From NCBI GenBank assembly GCA_965116925.1, contig OZ220744.1:4960001-5024000 (forward strand): DNA of 64,000 bases, written 5' to 3'. This stretch comes from Candidatus Poribacteria bacterium. GTDB lineage: Bacteria > Poribacteria > WGA-4E > PCPOR2b. Position 1 is the stretch's first letter, and every line of letters begins with the position of its first letter. The notes under the pieces are model-generated. The model did not search any database. It was given only the letters and a program-made list of their open reading frames with translations, and was not told the origin of the DNA. Both the position numbers and the translations under genes were made by a program. Of this stretch, positions 53,242-62,163 are shown one piece after another.

Positions 53242-55649
53242 ATGATAAACAAAAGTGCAATTAGTAATAGTGCCCATACTTCGGGCTCAGGGATAGTTGG
53301 AACACTGTCTCGATCCACAGGAGTGAGCGAATTCGCCTCGTATTGCTGCGCGGTTTCCAAAACAACGGCGCCGCTGACCGGGGTGATAATATGATACCTC
53401 GAAGCAAGCTGGATTGCCTCCGACCGATTGCCTGCTGCATCTGTGCCGAGCGTGTGGAGAACTTCTTCTTTCGCCCACAGTGGTGTGATGTGATGTGAAC
53501 GCGGGTTGCTGGATAGCTCTTGGTCTACCTCGTATACTGGAATCCGCTTTCGTTTAATCTCAAATGTCGCCTGTTTTCCGTCTATCTTCTCAAAATATCG
53601 GTGTAGATCTGCTTTGATATCGCCAAGCCGAGGGATCACAGTCGCCTCCATTGCCCACTCCGCTTGATCCAAGAGACGGTTTGGACCGGCGGCTACAGAT
53701 AGAAGCGCAATGTCAGGGAATCTAACGAGACGCGCTATCGCTTGATCGAGCGTCGCATGGGTATTTTCAAAAGGCACGGGTTGAGGCCCATGAATCCATA
53801 ACAGCGTCCCCGGATCATAAGCTTCAAGAATCTGCATCGCAGATGCCAGGCCTGGCGCGTTGTTTTGTCCGCCGACCAGCCTGTACTTTCTCAGCATCTC
53901 GACAATTCTCCGCTTTTGATTTTCGTTCCAAGCTGACGGCTGAATCTGAGCCAGCGTGTCCGAAGCAATAATGAACCCGACTTCCACACCGCTGGGAATC
54001 GCGTTTAACCCCTCAATAATATCTTGAACCGATGGCTTGACCAGTGCTGAACCATCGAGCACGATGACTAAACCATCCGGTACTTCAGGCGTAGTCTCTG
54101 CTATCGTCTGGACAATTGCAAACCCTCCCTCATCCACCGAATCGAGTGTCCACGTTGTGTTGATGCTTGCATCACGAGCAACCGTAATGAATGCACTGGG
54201 CGAAGCAAGATCTTTGTCTCTGACCTCTCTGCTTAGACGATAGTGGTTGTGTGCGACGCGGCGGCTGTGCAAAGCGAGTCGAGTGCTTGTCTCCAGGGGT
54301 TGCTTCCCCTCGATCCAAAGGGTATGCCGAAAATCGTCTCTGAGATTGAAGTTCTGACTAACGAAAGTCGGCAAAACTAATCGTCCCTCATCAAGGTTTG
54401 CAAGATCAAGAGGTGCCGTTATGCCGATACGGTAGCGAAGTGTGCCGCCGTTGGGAGGCACAGGAAACGCTTGCGCGAGAATCCGCTCAGGTCCCTGCGT
54501 TGTCACTAGCAACGGATCCTGTCTTTTCATGACAACGCTTTCGTAGGCACGACGGACCTGTGCTCTGCCAGCAAACGCCGCTTCACGTTCCTCACCGTTC
54601 ACCCAGAGTGTGGCGCGTGAAACGACAGCGCCGGGCGGCAAGACAATCTGTGCGCGTGCCTCATGAGCCCGCGTTGCATTATTGCGAAACGTCATCGTCC
54701 ATTCGAGGTAGGCAAGGGCGCTATCGCCATCAACGGAACCATCAATGCGAGAAGATAGTAAATACAAGTCTCGGAGGCGGCTGCCAACTTGCGTGCCGCC
54801 TTGATTCAGGTCAAATTGAAAATCATTCAATATCTGCCAGGTGCCCCCAGCGTAGGGGGAGGGTCGTGAATTGAAGGGCTCACCTGTCACGCGGTAAAAA
54901 ACTTCACGTATCTTCGGCGTTGGGATATGTCTTCCGTTGATGTTAAGAAGCGAGGCAATGAGGCTCCAAGGCCCGCCTGCCAGACCCGTACGACTATAAC
55001 AGTAGCGTAGTAAGGCATCTTCGTCGCCAAACCTACGTAATAACTGAACGCCTCGTCTGTTGACTTCTGCTGAGGGTGCTGTCGCCCATCGGATGCCTGT
55101 TTTTGTAATTATCGTGGGTAACTCCAAGAGAATCAGCATACCAAATGCCACAGCAAGCCCTTTCCATAAGGGTGATTTCTGAGGTTCGATCTTTGTACGT
55201 TCTCGTTTACGCAACTGCTTGTATAGAAGACTTGCAGTAGTAAGCGAGACGAGCGGCGCCAGCGGAAGCAAACCGATACCGTAAAACACCACAGCGAACA
55301 CCGCCATTGGAAATATTGGCAAAAAGAGAAGCGTGTAAAATGCGGCGACACCAATAGCAGTTGCACCAAGAAATGCTAACAGCCGTGTGTGTTGGTTCAA
55401 TGCCCCACTTAATCTCCACCAGATGAAGCCATTTGCCGCCGGCACCAAACTCACTAACAGCACATGCCAGATCGTCGGGATTGGATTGAATAAAATTTTC
55501 GCACACATACGGGTCACCAGTTCAAATCCGATGACGCCTGCGGGGTAGAACACTCCTAGTAGGAGCATAGCCACGCTTGATTTTTTATTAGCGTTCGTTT
55601 TTTGATGGTTCTCTGTCTTTGAATTGCTTAATTGGTTTTGATTGGGCAT
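53175..55649 (-). CDS. membrane-anchored VIT-domain protein with a PEP-CTERM sorting signal
   Basis: N-terminal TMs; EAR.QI.LPPGAVVSRATLWVNGEEREA and DPLLV; C-terminal VPTIPEP + TM + basic residues. Confidence 0.85.
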   Translation of the reverse strand: MPNQNQLSNSKTENHQKTNANKKSSVAMLLLGVFYPAGVIGFELVTRMCAKILFNPIPTIWHVLLVSLVPAANGFIWWRLSGALNQHTRLLAFLGATAIGVAAFYTLLFLPIFPMAVFAVVFYGIGLLPLAPLVSLTTASLLYKQLRKRERTKIEPQKSPLWKGLAVAFGMLILLELPTIITKTGIRWATAPSAEVNRRGVQLLRRFGDEDALLRYCYSRTGLAGGPWSLIASLLNINGRHIPTPKIREVFYRVTGEPFNSRPSPYAGGTWQILNDFQFDLNQGGTQVGSRLRDLYLLSSRIDGSVDGDSALAYLEWTMTFRNNATRAHEARAQIVLPPGAVVSRATLWVNGEEREAAFAGRAQVRRAYESVVMKRQDPLLVTTQGPERILAQAFPVPPNGGTLRYRIGITAPLDLANLDEGRLVLPTFVSQNFNLRDDFRHTLWIEGKQPLETSTRLALHSRRVAHNHYRLSREVRDKDLASPSAFITVARDASINTTWTLDSVDEGGFAIVQTIAETTPEVPDGLVIVLDGSALVKPSVQDIIEGLNAIPSGVEVGFIIASDTLAQIQPSAWNENQKRRIVEMLRKYRLVGGQNNAPGLASAMQILEAYDPGTLLWIHGPQPVPFENTHATLDQAIARLVRFPDIALLSVAAGPNRLLDQAEWAMEATVIPRLGDIKADLHRYFEKIDGKQATFEIKRKRIPVYEVDQELSSNPRSHHITPLWAKEEVLHTLGTDAAGNRSEAIQLASRYHIITPVSGAVVLETAQQYEANSLTPVDRDSVPTIPEPEVWALLLIALLFIIWFTLRHQNHHVSARSSSGISA

Positions 55650-56336
55650 CGTTAGGTCTCCCTAGCGTACTTGTAACCGTTGGGTATGATACAGTTTTGA
55701 GTAGCCGAATTGGTGCTGTCACTCAGCAACGTCTGATTGTTATGGCTAATCAGTTCAATTTTCGTATTGGGAATCCGATTCAGCAAAGAGAGCGAGTGGT
55801 CCCACACCCACAACACCTCCGTCGCTCGTTCATAATACCGATGTCAGTGCTTATAATCCACTGCGTCGCTCGGTACCAACGCCGGTCGGTATCACGCGAG
55901 TTACCTCAAAGATGCCGATACGGTCGTCGGATTTGACAAACTGTGCGAGCAATTTGAGTGCCAAATGGGTAAAATGGGGCGTTGAGAGATGACGATACAC
56001 ACTGAATAGCAAGCAGGGATTTATTCCAAGACCATTCGTTGGTGGTGGGTACAGAGGCGTGGGCCTATGGGTTACAGTGTGTGCACTAAACCACATAAGC
56101 TGTTTTGATAAGACCACACCCACTCCCTCTGTAGTTGAATGGCACTACCTTAAGGATTTTGGTGCTGAGAAAATTCCGTTGACACCTGTCATCGAAAGCG
56201 GCTTTAGGGTCAAATAAGAGTATTTATGAGGCGGTCGGAATGAGACGGTCTGCCCCATTTTCGCCTTTGATCGTCGTTTGGGTTAATGAATAGAACATCT
56301 TGCTAATGGACGAATCGTGCACCCTCTAAGAGCGTG

Positions 56337-58028
56337 CTAATCGAACTGCGTCATCTCAACAGCGAACCACAATGCCAAACTCCCTGTGCGGTCATCATAG
56401 CCGCTCAGTGCCTCTCGAACGATGTAATCCTGTTCCGTCTCTAATGCGCCTGTCCCTGTGCAGCCGTCAACCACATCGCCTGTTTCAGTAATCCTCGTTT
56501 TAGCCCCATTCCATAGGGATGATAGGGTTGGGAGATAGGATTGATCCAACACCCCCAATTTAATCCCTCTGGCAACCCCGTAACCGATCATGCAGGTGCT
56601 TGTCATTTCTTGATAACTACCCGGTAGGGTGATAACTTGATGGTAGCAACCCGATGGATCCTGATATTTTAACAACCCGTTCAACAATTTCTGATACATC
56701 AAAAGTATATCGGCGTATAGGGGATGAGATTGCGGCAGATAGGTCAATGCCTCTGCAAGCCCTAAAGCAGCGAACCCATTGCCCCTGCCCCAGTAAAAAG
56801 GGGTTTCTCTATCATGCCAATACAGTCCTGAAATCTGTTGTGTGCCCATTTCGACGAGGAAATTGGTCAGGAGGTCTAGATATTGCCCTTCTTGGGTCAG
56901 CGCATAGCTCCTCCCCATCATCGACCCAAGCATGAACATATCCTCCGTCCTCCATTTCGGATCTGCTGGAGCAGGGGGATTTGATCCGCTTAAATCAAAC
57001 CGATTTGCCAAATCTAAGAGGTAATTTTTATATCTTGGATCTTTGGTCACTCGGAACAGATCATCTGCCCATACCACTCCAGCAAGCGAGGCAGAACCGG
57101 GGGCATCGCCAAAACTGGTGGAAGGATCATCAACATAAGGATCGACCAACTGAAAAATATCATCGGGCACGTCTTGATTCATATGTTCCGCCAATCGAAT
57201 CCTGCCACTCACACCGACACCTTGAATGTAGTTGATCGGGGAATCTAGCTTATACCCAAACTGCGAGGCTAATACCTCACTCACCTCTTGTGCAGTTCGA
57301 TCCCTCCGTTTGCGGATTGCGGCTGCGGCAAGACTCGATGAAGATTGATCTGTGCCCCCAGAATCTATCACTTTGTGTAATAACTCAACTGTCTTTGATG
57401 CAACTTGCTCACTTGTTCCCACAATCCGGACTCCCGGTATCGATCCCAGATTGGATTCATGTTTCCGTCCCAGTGCTCCAATTAGACTGTCGTCGGAGAT
57501 AGGACTCGCTGCATCCACATCAGCCATAAAATCGGGAGCAGCCTCATTGGATTCAATCCTAGTTGATTCTCCAAGGGATAACTCAATCACTAAATCGGGA
57601 GCTTGGTAGGACACCCACCGCCAGATGTACCTACTCTCTGGTACTTCTGAATCAAAGAAGTAGTTTCCGTCGGGTGGGAATCCGTGCGTTAATTTTCCTT
57701 GAACTTCAGAGGTTTGTGAATTACCTATATATGTGTCATAGTCCAGACAGGGAATGTAGCTGATTGAAAGCGCGTTGAAACCATTGTAATGATTCGTAAC
57801 TGTGTCAATTACATTAAGGGCTAACTGAACATCAGCATCCCTCCCATTGCCCCCTCCGATAACCAGTATTCGGGTACAATCCCCAGAGAAATCGTAGGCA
57901 CTCTTATCAAGAAGGACGGGGATTTGGCAGCCATTTTTAGTTATCCCGCAATAGCTGATGTCTGAAGCAACTATCCCTTGTCGTACCAAGTTGTGTAGTG
58001 TTGATTCCAATGATTTATTTAAGGGCAT
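56337..58028 (-). CDS. glycoside hydrolase family 88/105 protein with a degenerate M14-like N-terminal domain
   Basis: EDMFM, GLYWH, WGRGNGF, GCYHQ and EMTSTCM motifs; AGGAGG RBS before ATG 58028. Confidence 0.78.
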   Translation of the reverse strand: MPLNKSLESTLHNLVRQGIVASDISYCGITKNGCQIPVLLDKSAYDFSGDCTRILVIGGGNGRDADVQLALNVIDTVTNHYNGFNALSISYIPCLDYDTYIGNSQTSEVQGKLTHGFPPDGNYFFDSEVPESRYIWRWVSYQAPDLVIELSLGESTRIESNEAAPDFMADVDAASPISDDSLIGALGRKHESNLGSIPGVRIVGTSEQVASKTVELLHKVIDSGGTDQSSSSLAAAAIRKRRDRTAQEVSEVLASQFGYKLDSPINYIQGVGVSGRIRLAEHMNQDVPDDIFQLVDPYVDDPSTSFGDAPGSASLAGVVWADDLFRVTKDPRYKNYLLDLANRFDLSGSNPPAPADPKWRTEDMFMLGSMMGRSYALTQEGQYLDLLTNFLVEMGTQQISGLYWHDRETPFYWGRGNGFAALGLAEALTYLPQSHPLYADILLMYQKLLNGLLKYQDPSGCYHQVITLPGSYQEMTSTCMIGYGVARGIKLGVLDQSYLPTLSSLWNGAKTRITETGDVVDGCTGTGALETEQDYIVREALSGYDDRTGSLALWFAVEMTQFD

Positions 58029-58059
58029 ATAACCTCCTAAGAGGATGTTTTGAAAAGTG

Positions 58060-58593
58060 CTATGTCTTCTCGGTGCACTCACCTGACGCTGCGAGTTGCA
58101 GAATACGCTCAACAAATGGAGATTTTTCGTCCTGATATGCTTGTCGGTTGGTCGGGAACTGTTGAGCCAGTTTCAATTTGAGTTTGGCGTATTCTTCAGC
58201 TAACTCTGAATGCTGGATGAGATAATCTCTAAAGAGCAGCATATTTCTCCATCTATAACTATGCACCTCTAACATATGTATGTGATGGGTCCTCGGACTA
58301 CCTTTGACGAAATAATGTCGTCGGGGTATCCCGTATTCACCTCTATATTCATAGCCGAACTTCTCAATTGGTTTTATACAAATCGTAGCTTCCTCAAAAT
58401 TATGGATGGCTATACCTATGTCTAAGATCGGTTTTGCTGCCATCGTTGGAATAGAAGTGCTGCCTACATGCTGAATGTCCAAAACATAATTGCCAACAGC
58501 AGCTTGCAGCCGAGCTTTCTCTTGATTAAAAAGGTTTTTCCATTCCGACGTATAGGGAACAATTTTGATAACGCCTGCTTGTAAGCCGATCAT
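58060..58593 (-). CDS. GrpB/UPF0157 nucleotidyltransferase-like protein
   Basis: HVGSTSI..M.AKPILDI, FRDYL, Y..LK..LA and Y...K motifs. Confidence 0.92.
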   Translation of the reverse strand: MIGLQAGVIKIVPYTSEWKNLFNQEKARLQAAVGNYVLDIQHVGSTSIPTMAAKPILDIGIAIHNFEEATICIKPIEKFGYEYRGEYGIPRRHYFVKGSPRTHHIHMLEVHSYRWRNMLLFRDYLIQHSELAEEYAKLKLKLAQQFPTNRQAYQDEKSPFVERILQLAASGECTEKT

Positions 58594-58676
58594 GCAGACC
58601 TCCTGCTACACTTTTTAGAAATAGTAGTAACCGGAATAGTTGCAAAGATTTCCAAGGTTCGCAGCGGCAGCACATT

Positions 58677-59480
58677 TCATACGACCTGCTCGCTTTCAAA
58701 ACCTTCAAACAGCGATGGGAAGAAGCGATGGGGATCCCCGGGCTCGCTGAAGAGAATCTCCTGACGGGGTGTCAATTCCACATTCTCCGGCGGTTGTACA
58801 CGTCGGGAGGTCCACACCATGTGTGACACACTATATTTGTACAGCAGGGTCCGCCTCTCGTGCTTGCCGCGCCACGCTGCTGTTCCATGCGTCAATGCCT
58901 CGGTAAATAAGATCGCTGAACCGGCTGGTGCCTTTGGAATAATGACACACGGTGCGTCTTCAGGAGCCTGATCGATCTGTGGTGGCAGCTTAAAGTTACT
59001 TTTGTGGCTGCCGGGTATACAGCAAAACCCACCGTAGTCGGGACCTGCATCAGACAGCACCCATGTCACCACGACAAACCCGTTGGTTACTTGATTATCG
59101 CGGAAAGGAAAGTATTCCCCCGGTTGAGAACCGGAGGTTGGGGAGGTGGCGCCGTAATCAGCGTGCAGTCGCCCTCTTGGCATTCCCTCGCGCATGTACA
59201 TCCCGTAGATCCGATCGAGGCGGAAACAGTCGCCCAGCCGGAATCGAATAACCGGCATAACCGCATCATGGGTCAATAGATCACAGAACGGTTTTCCCCA
59301 AGCAAGAAATCCCGATCCGTCTGGCGCACTGCCAAATCGTTGAACCTTTCCCGGCGTGGGCAGTTCTTGTTCGTCAATTGACCGATTGAGCGTTGCGAGT
59401 TCTTCTGGACTCAAGACATTTTCAATTACCAAGTAGCCTTGTACATCGAACAGATACTGCTGCAGTTCAAGATCGTTCAT
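58677..59480 (-). CDS. phytanoyl-CoA dioxygenase (PhyH) family protein
   Basis: GYLVIENVL, IPGSHK, GSAILFTEALTHG and RR motifs. Confidence 0.9.
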   Translation of the reverse strand: MNDLELQQYLFDVQGYLVIENVLSPEELATLNRSIDEQELPTPGKVQRFGSAPDGSGFLAWGKPFCDLLTHDAVMPVIRFRLGDCFRLDRIYGMYMREGMPRGRLHADYGATSPTSGSQPGEYFPFRDNQVTNGFVVVTWVLSDAGPDYGGFCCIPGSHKSNFKLPPQIDQAPEDAPCVIIPKAPAGSAILFTEALTHGTAAWRGKHERRTLLYKYSVSHMVWTSRRVQPPENVELTPRQEILFSEPGDPHRFFPSLFEGFESEQVV

Positions 59481-59500
59481 AACGCTGTCCTCCTATCAAT

Positions 59501-59570
59501 ATGCCTTGTAGTTGCCTGATTTATCAGGCGTTGTTTTTCCTAATGCCTTGTAGTTGCCTGATTTATCAGG
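59501..59570 (+). repeat. two direct copies of a GTAG-type REP
   Basis: ATGCCTTGTAGTTGCCTGATTTATCAGG at 59501 and 59543. Confidence 0.8.
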
Positions 59571-59660
59571 TCAGGATTTTTGATGATAACTTGTTTCATC
59601 AACTTTTCGCAGTGGAGACCCCGTTCTTTAGAGCGGGGAGGAAACTGCGCTCCTTTTTCG

Positions 59661-59689
59661 TTGAAAAGTTGTGTGAAATATGGTACAGT
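59661..59689 (+). promoter_or_regulatory. sigma70 promoter of tnpB (element 2)
   Basis: TTGAAA-17 nt-TACAGT with an extended -10 TG; 6 nt upstream of the leader stem. Confidence 0.7.
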
Positions 59690-59695
59690 TCTTAT

Positions 59696-59771
59696 GGCTT
59701 TCGTAGGGGATTTCTACCATCCCGAACCCTTCGGGATGTCCCCTACACCTCGTAGAAAAGGAATGAAAGCC
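59696..59771 (+). ncRNA. structured 5' leader RNA upstream of tnpB (copy 2)
   Basis: Stems GGCTTTC/GAAAGCC, GTAGGGGA/TCCCCTAC, CATCCCGAA/TTCGGGATG and CCT/AGG; TTTCTAC/GTAGAAA pseudoknot. Confidence 0.7.
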
Positions 59772-59786
59772 AGAAAGCTAACCCCT

Positions 59787-61013
59787 ATGAAAAAGAGTTA
59801 TGAATATCGCGCCTATCCTACGACGAAACAGCGACATACTTTTTTGGTTTGGCTTGCCTTGTTGCGCAATCTCTACAATCAAGCGTTAGCGTGGCGGATA
59901 GAGGCTTACCAGCAAAATAACGATTCTGTCAAATGGACGACCCAAGCCAACGCCTTACCTGACTTGAAAGCAGCCTCCAAGGCTTATGCAGGACTTCACG
60001 CGGATGTTCTCCAAGATGCGATGCGCCGTTTGGATAAAGCGTACAAAGCATTCTTCCGCCGTGCCAAGAACGGGGCGGCACCGGGCTTCCCCCGCTTCAA
60101 AGGCGAAGGGCGATACCGGTCAATGACCTTTAGCCACCTATCCAAGCATCTGGTCCGGAGTGTACATCGTAAGTTTGCCAAAGTCGTTGTTCCGAAAATA
60201 GGACACCTCAAGATCCGTTATCACCGCCCCTTAGCCGATGGCAACATCAAGAATCTGACGGTCATCAAGCGAGCCAGCGGTTGGTATGTAACTATCTGCG
60301 TCGAAGTGCCAGATCCTATAGAAGTCCCTGTCCACACAACGATCGGCGTAGACGTGGGACTTAACTCGTTTGCCGTAGATTCGGATGGCGAACATATCCC
60401 AAACCCCCGCCATTATCGTCAGTCTGAAAAACGCCTTGGTAAACATCAACGCGTATTGTCTCGCCGCAAAAAGGGGAGCCGCCGCCGGGCAAAACAACGT
60501 GAGATTGTCGCCCGTTGCCATGAACGGATAGCGAATCAGCGCAAGGATTTCCAGTTCAAGGCAGCCCATCGTATCATTCAACGGTGCGACGAGGTTGCTG
60601 TAGAGAATCTGACCATCACCAATATGTTGAAGAACCACTACCTCGCCAAGAGTATATCTGACGCGGGCTGGGGTAGCTTTCGATTGAAACTGCAAAGCAA
60701 GGCTGCAAGTGCCGGCAAGCAGTTCACCAAAGTGAAGCCTCACCATACCAGTCAGAAATGCTCCGGTTGCAATGAAGTTGTGCCTAAACAGTTGTCGGAT
60801 CGTCTCCATGATTGTCCCCATTGTGGGTTGGTCCTCAATAGAGACCATAACGCTGCGATAAATATCAAAAAGGCTGCTGTAGCCTTGCGTGAAGGTGCGT
60901 CGGTTGCAAACGACCCCGAAATCCCCTGTCCGGGGACAGAAGCGCGAAACTTTGTAAGACCCGTTGGACGGACGTTTCAAACAAGCACCGTCCCTTCAGG
61001 GCGGGGTAACTGA
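59787..61013 (+). CDS. tnpB: RNA-guided endonuclease TnpB
   Basis: MKKSYEYRAYPT start; GFPRFK; RuvC GVDVG, VENL and NRDHNAA; CSGC..CPHC zinc finger. Confidence 0.95.
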   Translation: MKKSYEYRAYPTTKQRHTFLVWLALLRNLYNQALAWRIEAYQQNNDSVKWTTQANALPDLKAASKAYAGLHADVLQDAMRRLDKAYKAFFRRAKNGAAPGFPRFKGEGRYRSMTFSHLSKHLVRSVHRKFAKVVVPKIGHLKIRYHRPLADGNIKNLTVIKRASGWYVTICVEVPDPIEVPVHTTIGVDVGLNSFAVDSDGEHIPNPRHYRQSEKRLGKHQRVLSRRKKGSRRRAKQREIVARCHERIANQRKDFQFKAAHRIIQRCDEVAVENLTITNMLKNHYLAKSISDAGWGSFRLKLQSKAASAGKQFTKVKPHHTSQKCSGCNEVVPKQLSDRLHDCPHCGLVLNRDHNAAINIKKAAVALREGASVANDPEIPCPGTEARNFVRPVGRTFQTSTVPSGRGN

Positions 61014-61032
61014 CCATGAATTCCTTTCCGGC
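60870..61032 (+). ncRNA. predicted omegaRNA/reRNA of element 2 (guide CAUGAAUUCCUUUCCG... after 61014)
   Basis: Hairpins (aaggct..agcctt, gtcg..cgac, tcccc..gggga) in the tnpB 3' end plus the right-end hairpin; boundaries approximate. Confidence 0.6.
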
Positions 61033-61063
61033 GAATCAGAAAATTGCTGTAAACGGCTCCGAC

Positions 61064-61149
61064 GCCCGATAAATCGGGCAACTACAGGTCACGATGCCTG
61101 ATGAATCAGGCAACTACAAATTCCGATGCCCGATAAATCGGGCAACAAC
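61064..61149 (-). repeat. three inverted copies of the same REP at a 32-nt period
   Basis: GCCYGATRAATCRGGCAACWAC at 61064, 61096 and 61128; reverse complement of the 59508 REP. Confidence 0.8.
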
Positions 61150-61225
61150 AATATAAATTTTCGCGTTGCTGTCGAATTTAGTGTGGTAGATTCAGCATCG
61201 CCGCGTTTGAGATGTTGTCACACTG

Positions 61226-62119
61226 CTAATCTCGATTAAGCATCTGCAACCATGTATCCACGACCGCCCCTTGTAGCGATATTGCTTCAGCATGGATAGA
61301 GTCCTCGGTGAGTGTGTAGCGGACGTAACACTGTCGTTCATCTAGAACCTGACAATACTGATTCGGTTGATACGGCATCAGATCCGGGTAAGCAACCCCA
61401 TAGGCACCAGCCATCACTTGGCTCAACTGACCATACTGTGTCCGCTCATAGGTGTGTAGATGACCGCAAAGATAGAGATCGACCCCACCTTCGAGCAGGA
61501 TGGGAAGCAGAACCCCCTCTTGCCCGGTGCGTTCATCATAACATAGGGACGAATCCGAAAACCGCCCGTAAAAATCGGGAGACAGAAAGATCGGGTAATG
61601 GCCAACCGCAATGAGGCATCTGACTTGAGGTAAACGGTTCAGCTCCTGCTTCAACCACACCTCTTGTTCAGATCCCTCGGGAAAACCTCCCCGGTGCAGA
61701 CCTGAAACGATGTCTAGACATACAACATGCACGTCTTGAATCGTCGCTGCATAGTACGACGGCTCACCCTCTCTTCCTGTTTCTAGGCAGTACCGCTCCA
61801 TAGACAGATCCTCACGCGTCATGTCGTGATTGCCTGGGGCAGAAAGAATGGGCACCTTCTCTTTGAGCGGTTTCACAGTTGCTTGATAGTCCGACCAGTA
61901 CTCCGCAATCGTTTTGAGCGTCTGATCCGCGTGTGCGCCATGGATGAGATCACCCGAATTGATGACGAAATCCACCTCCTCAGACACAACCTGCTCGATG
62001 AGCCTCCAGGCGTTAGTATCATTGTCATTGTCGGCAGACTTGCCAAAGCCCAATTGTAGGTCTGTAACGTGGATCCAACGAACCATCTGGCATGAGGTTT
62101 GGGAGTCGGTTGACCTCAC
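61226..62119 (-). CDS. calcineurin-like metallophosphoesterase
   Basis: TDLQ, SGDL, PGNHD, GHYP and CGHLH motifs; GAGGAGG RBS. Confidence 0.9.
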   Translation of the reverse strand: MRSTDSQTSCQMVRWIHVTDLQLGFGKSADNDNDTNAWRLIEQVVSEEVDFVINSGDLIHGAHADQTLKTIAEYWSDYQATVKPLKEKVPILSAPGNHDMTREDLSMERYCLETGREGEPSYYAATIQDVHVVCLDIVSGLHRGGFPEGSEQEVWLKQELNRLPQVRCLIAVGHYPIFLSPDFYGRFSDSSLCYDERTGQEGVLLPILLEGGVDLYLCGHLHTYERTQYGQLSQVMAGAYGVAYPDLMPYQPNQYCQVLDERQCYVRYTLTEDSIHAEAISLQGAVVDTWLQMLNRD

Positions 62120-62163
62120 AAGTTCCTCCTCTCGTGGGCGGCTGTCCTTGTCATCGATCCCAC

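Larger units (their letters stand above)
59600..61014 (+). mobile_element. IS200/IS605-family element, tnpB only (no tnpA)
   Basis: Left end follows TCAT (59596-59599) and carries the GAGA-CCCCGTTCTTTAGAGCGGGG hairpin; right end CAAG-CACCGTCCCTTCAGGGCGGGG-TAAC-TGAC. Confidence 0.85.

Noticed and set aside
55650..56330. Short ORFs or a gene fragment between the VIT gene and the GH88/105 gene
   Set aside because: No recognisable motif, RBS or consistent frame.
59580..59786. 69-aa N-terminal extension of TnpB in the ORF track
   Set aside because: It spans the IS left end, promoter and leader RNA; the typical TnpB N-terminus begins at ATG 59787.
61064..61149. Three regularly spaced palindromic repeats just downstream of tnpB, as a possible mini-CRISPR array
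   Set aside because: The spacers are only 10 nt. The repeats are GTAG-type REPs with inverted partners at 59508/59550, and they lie outside the predicted element end.
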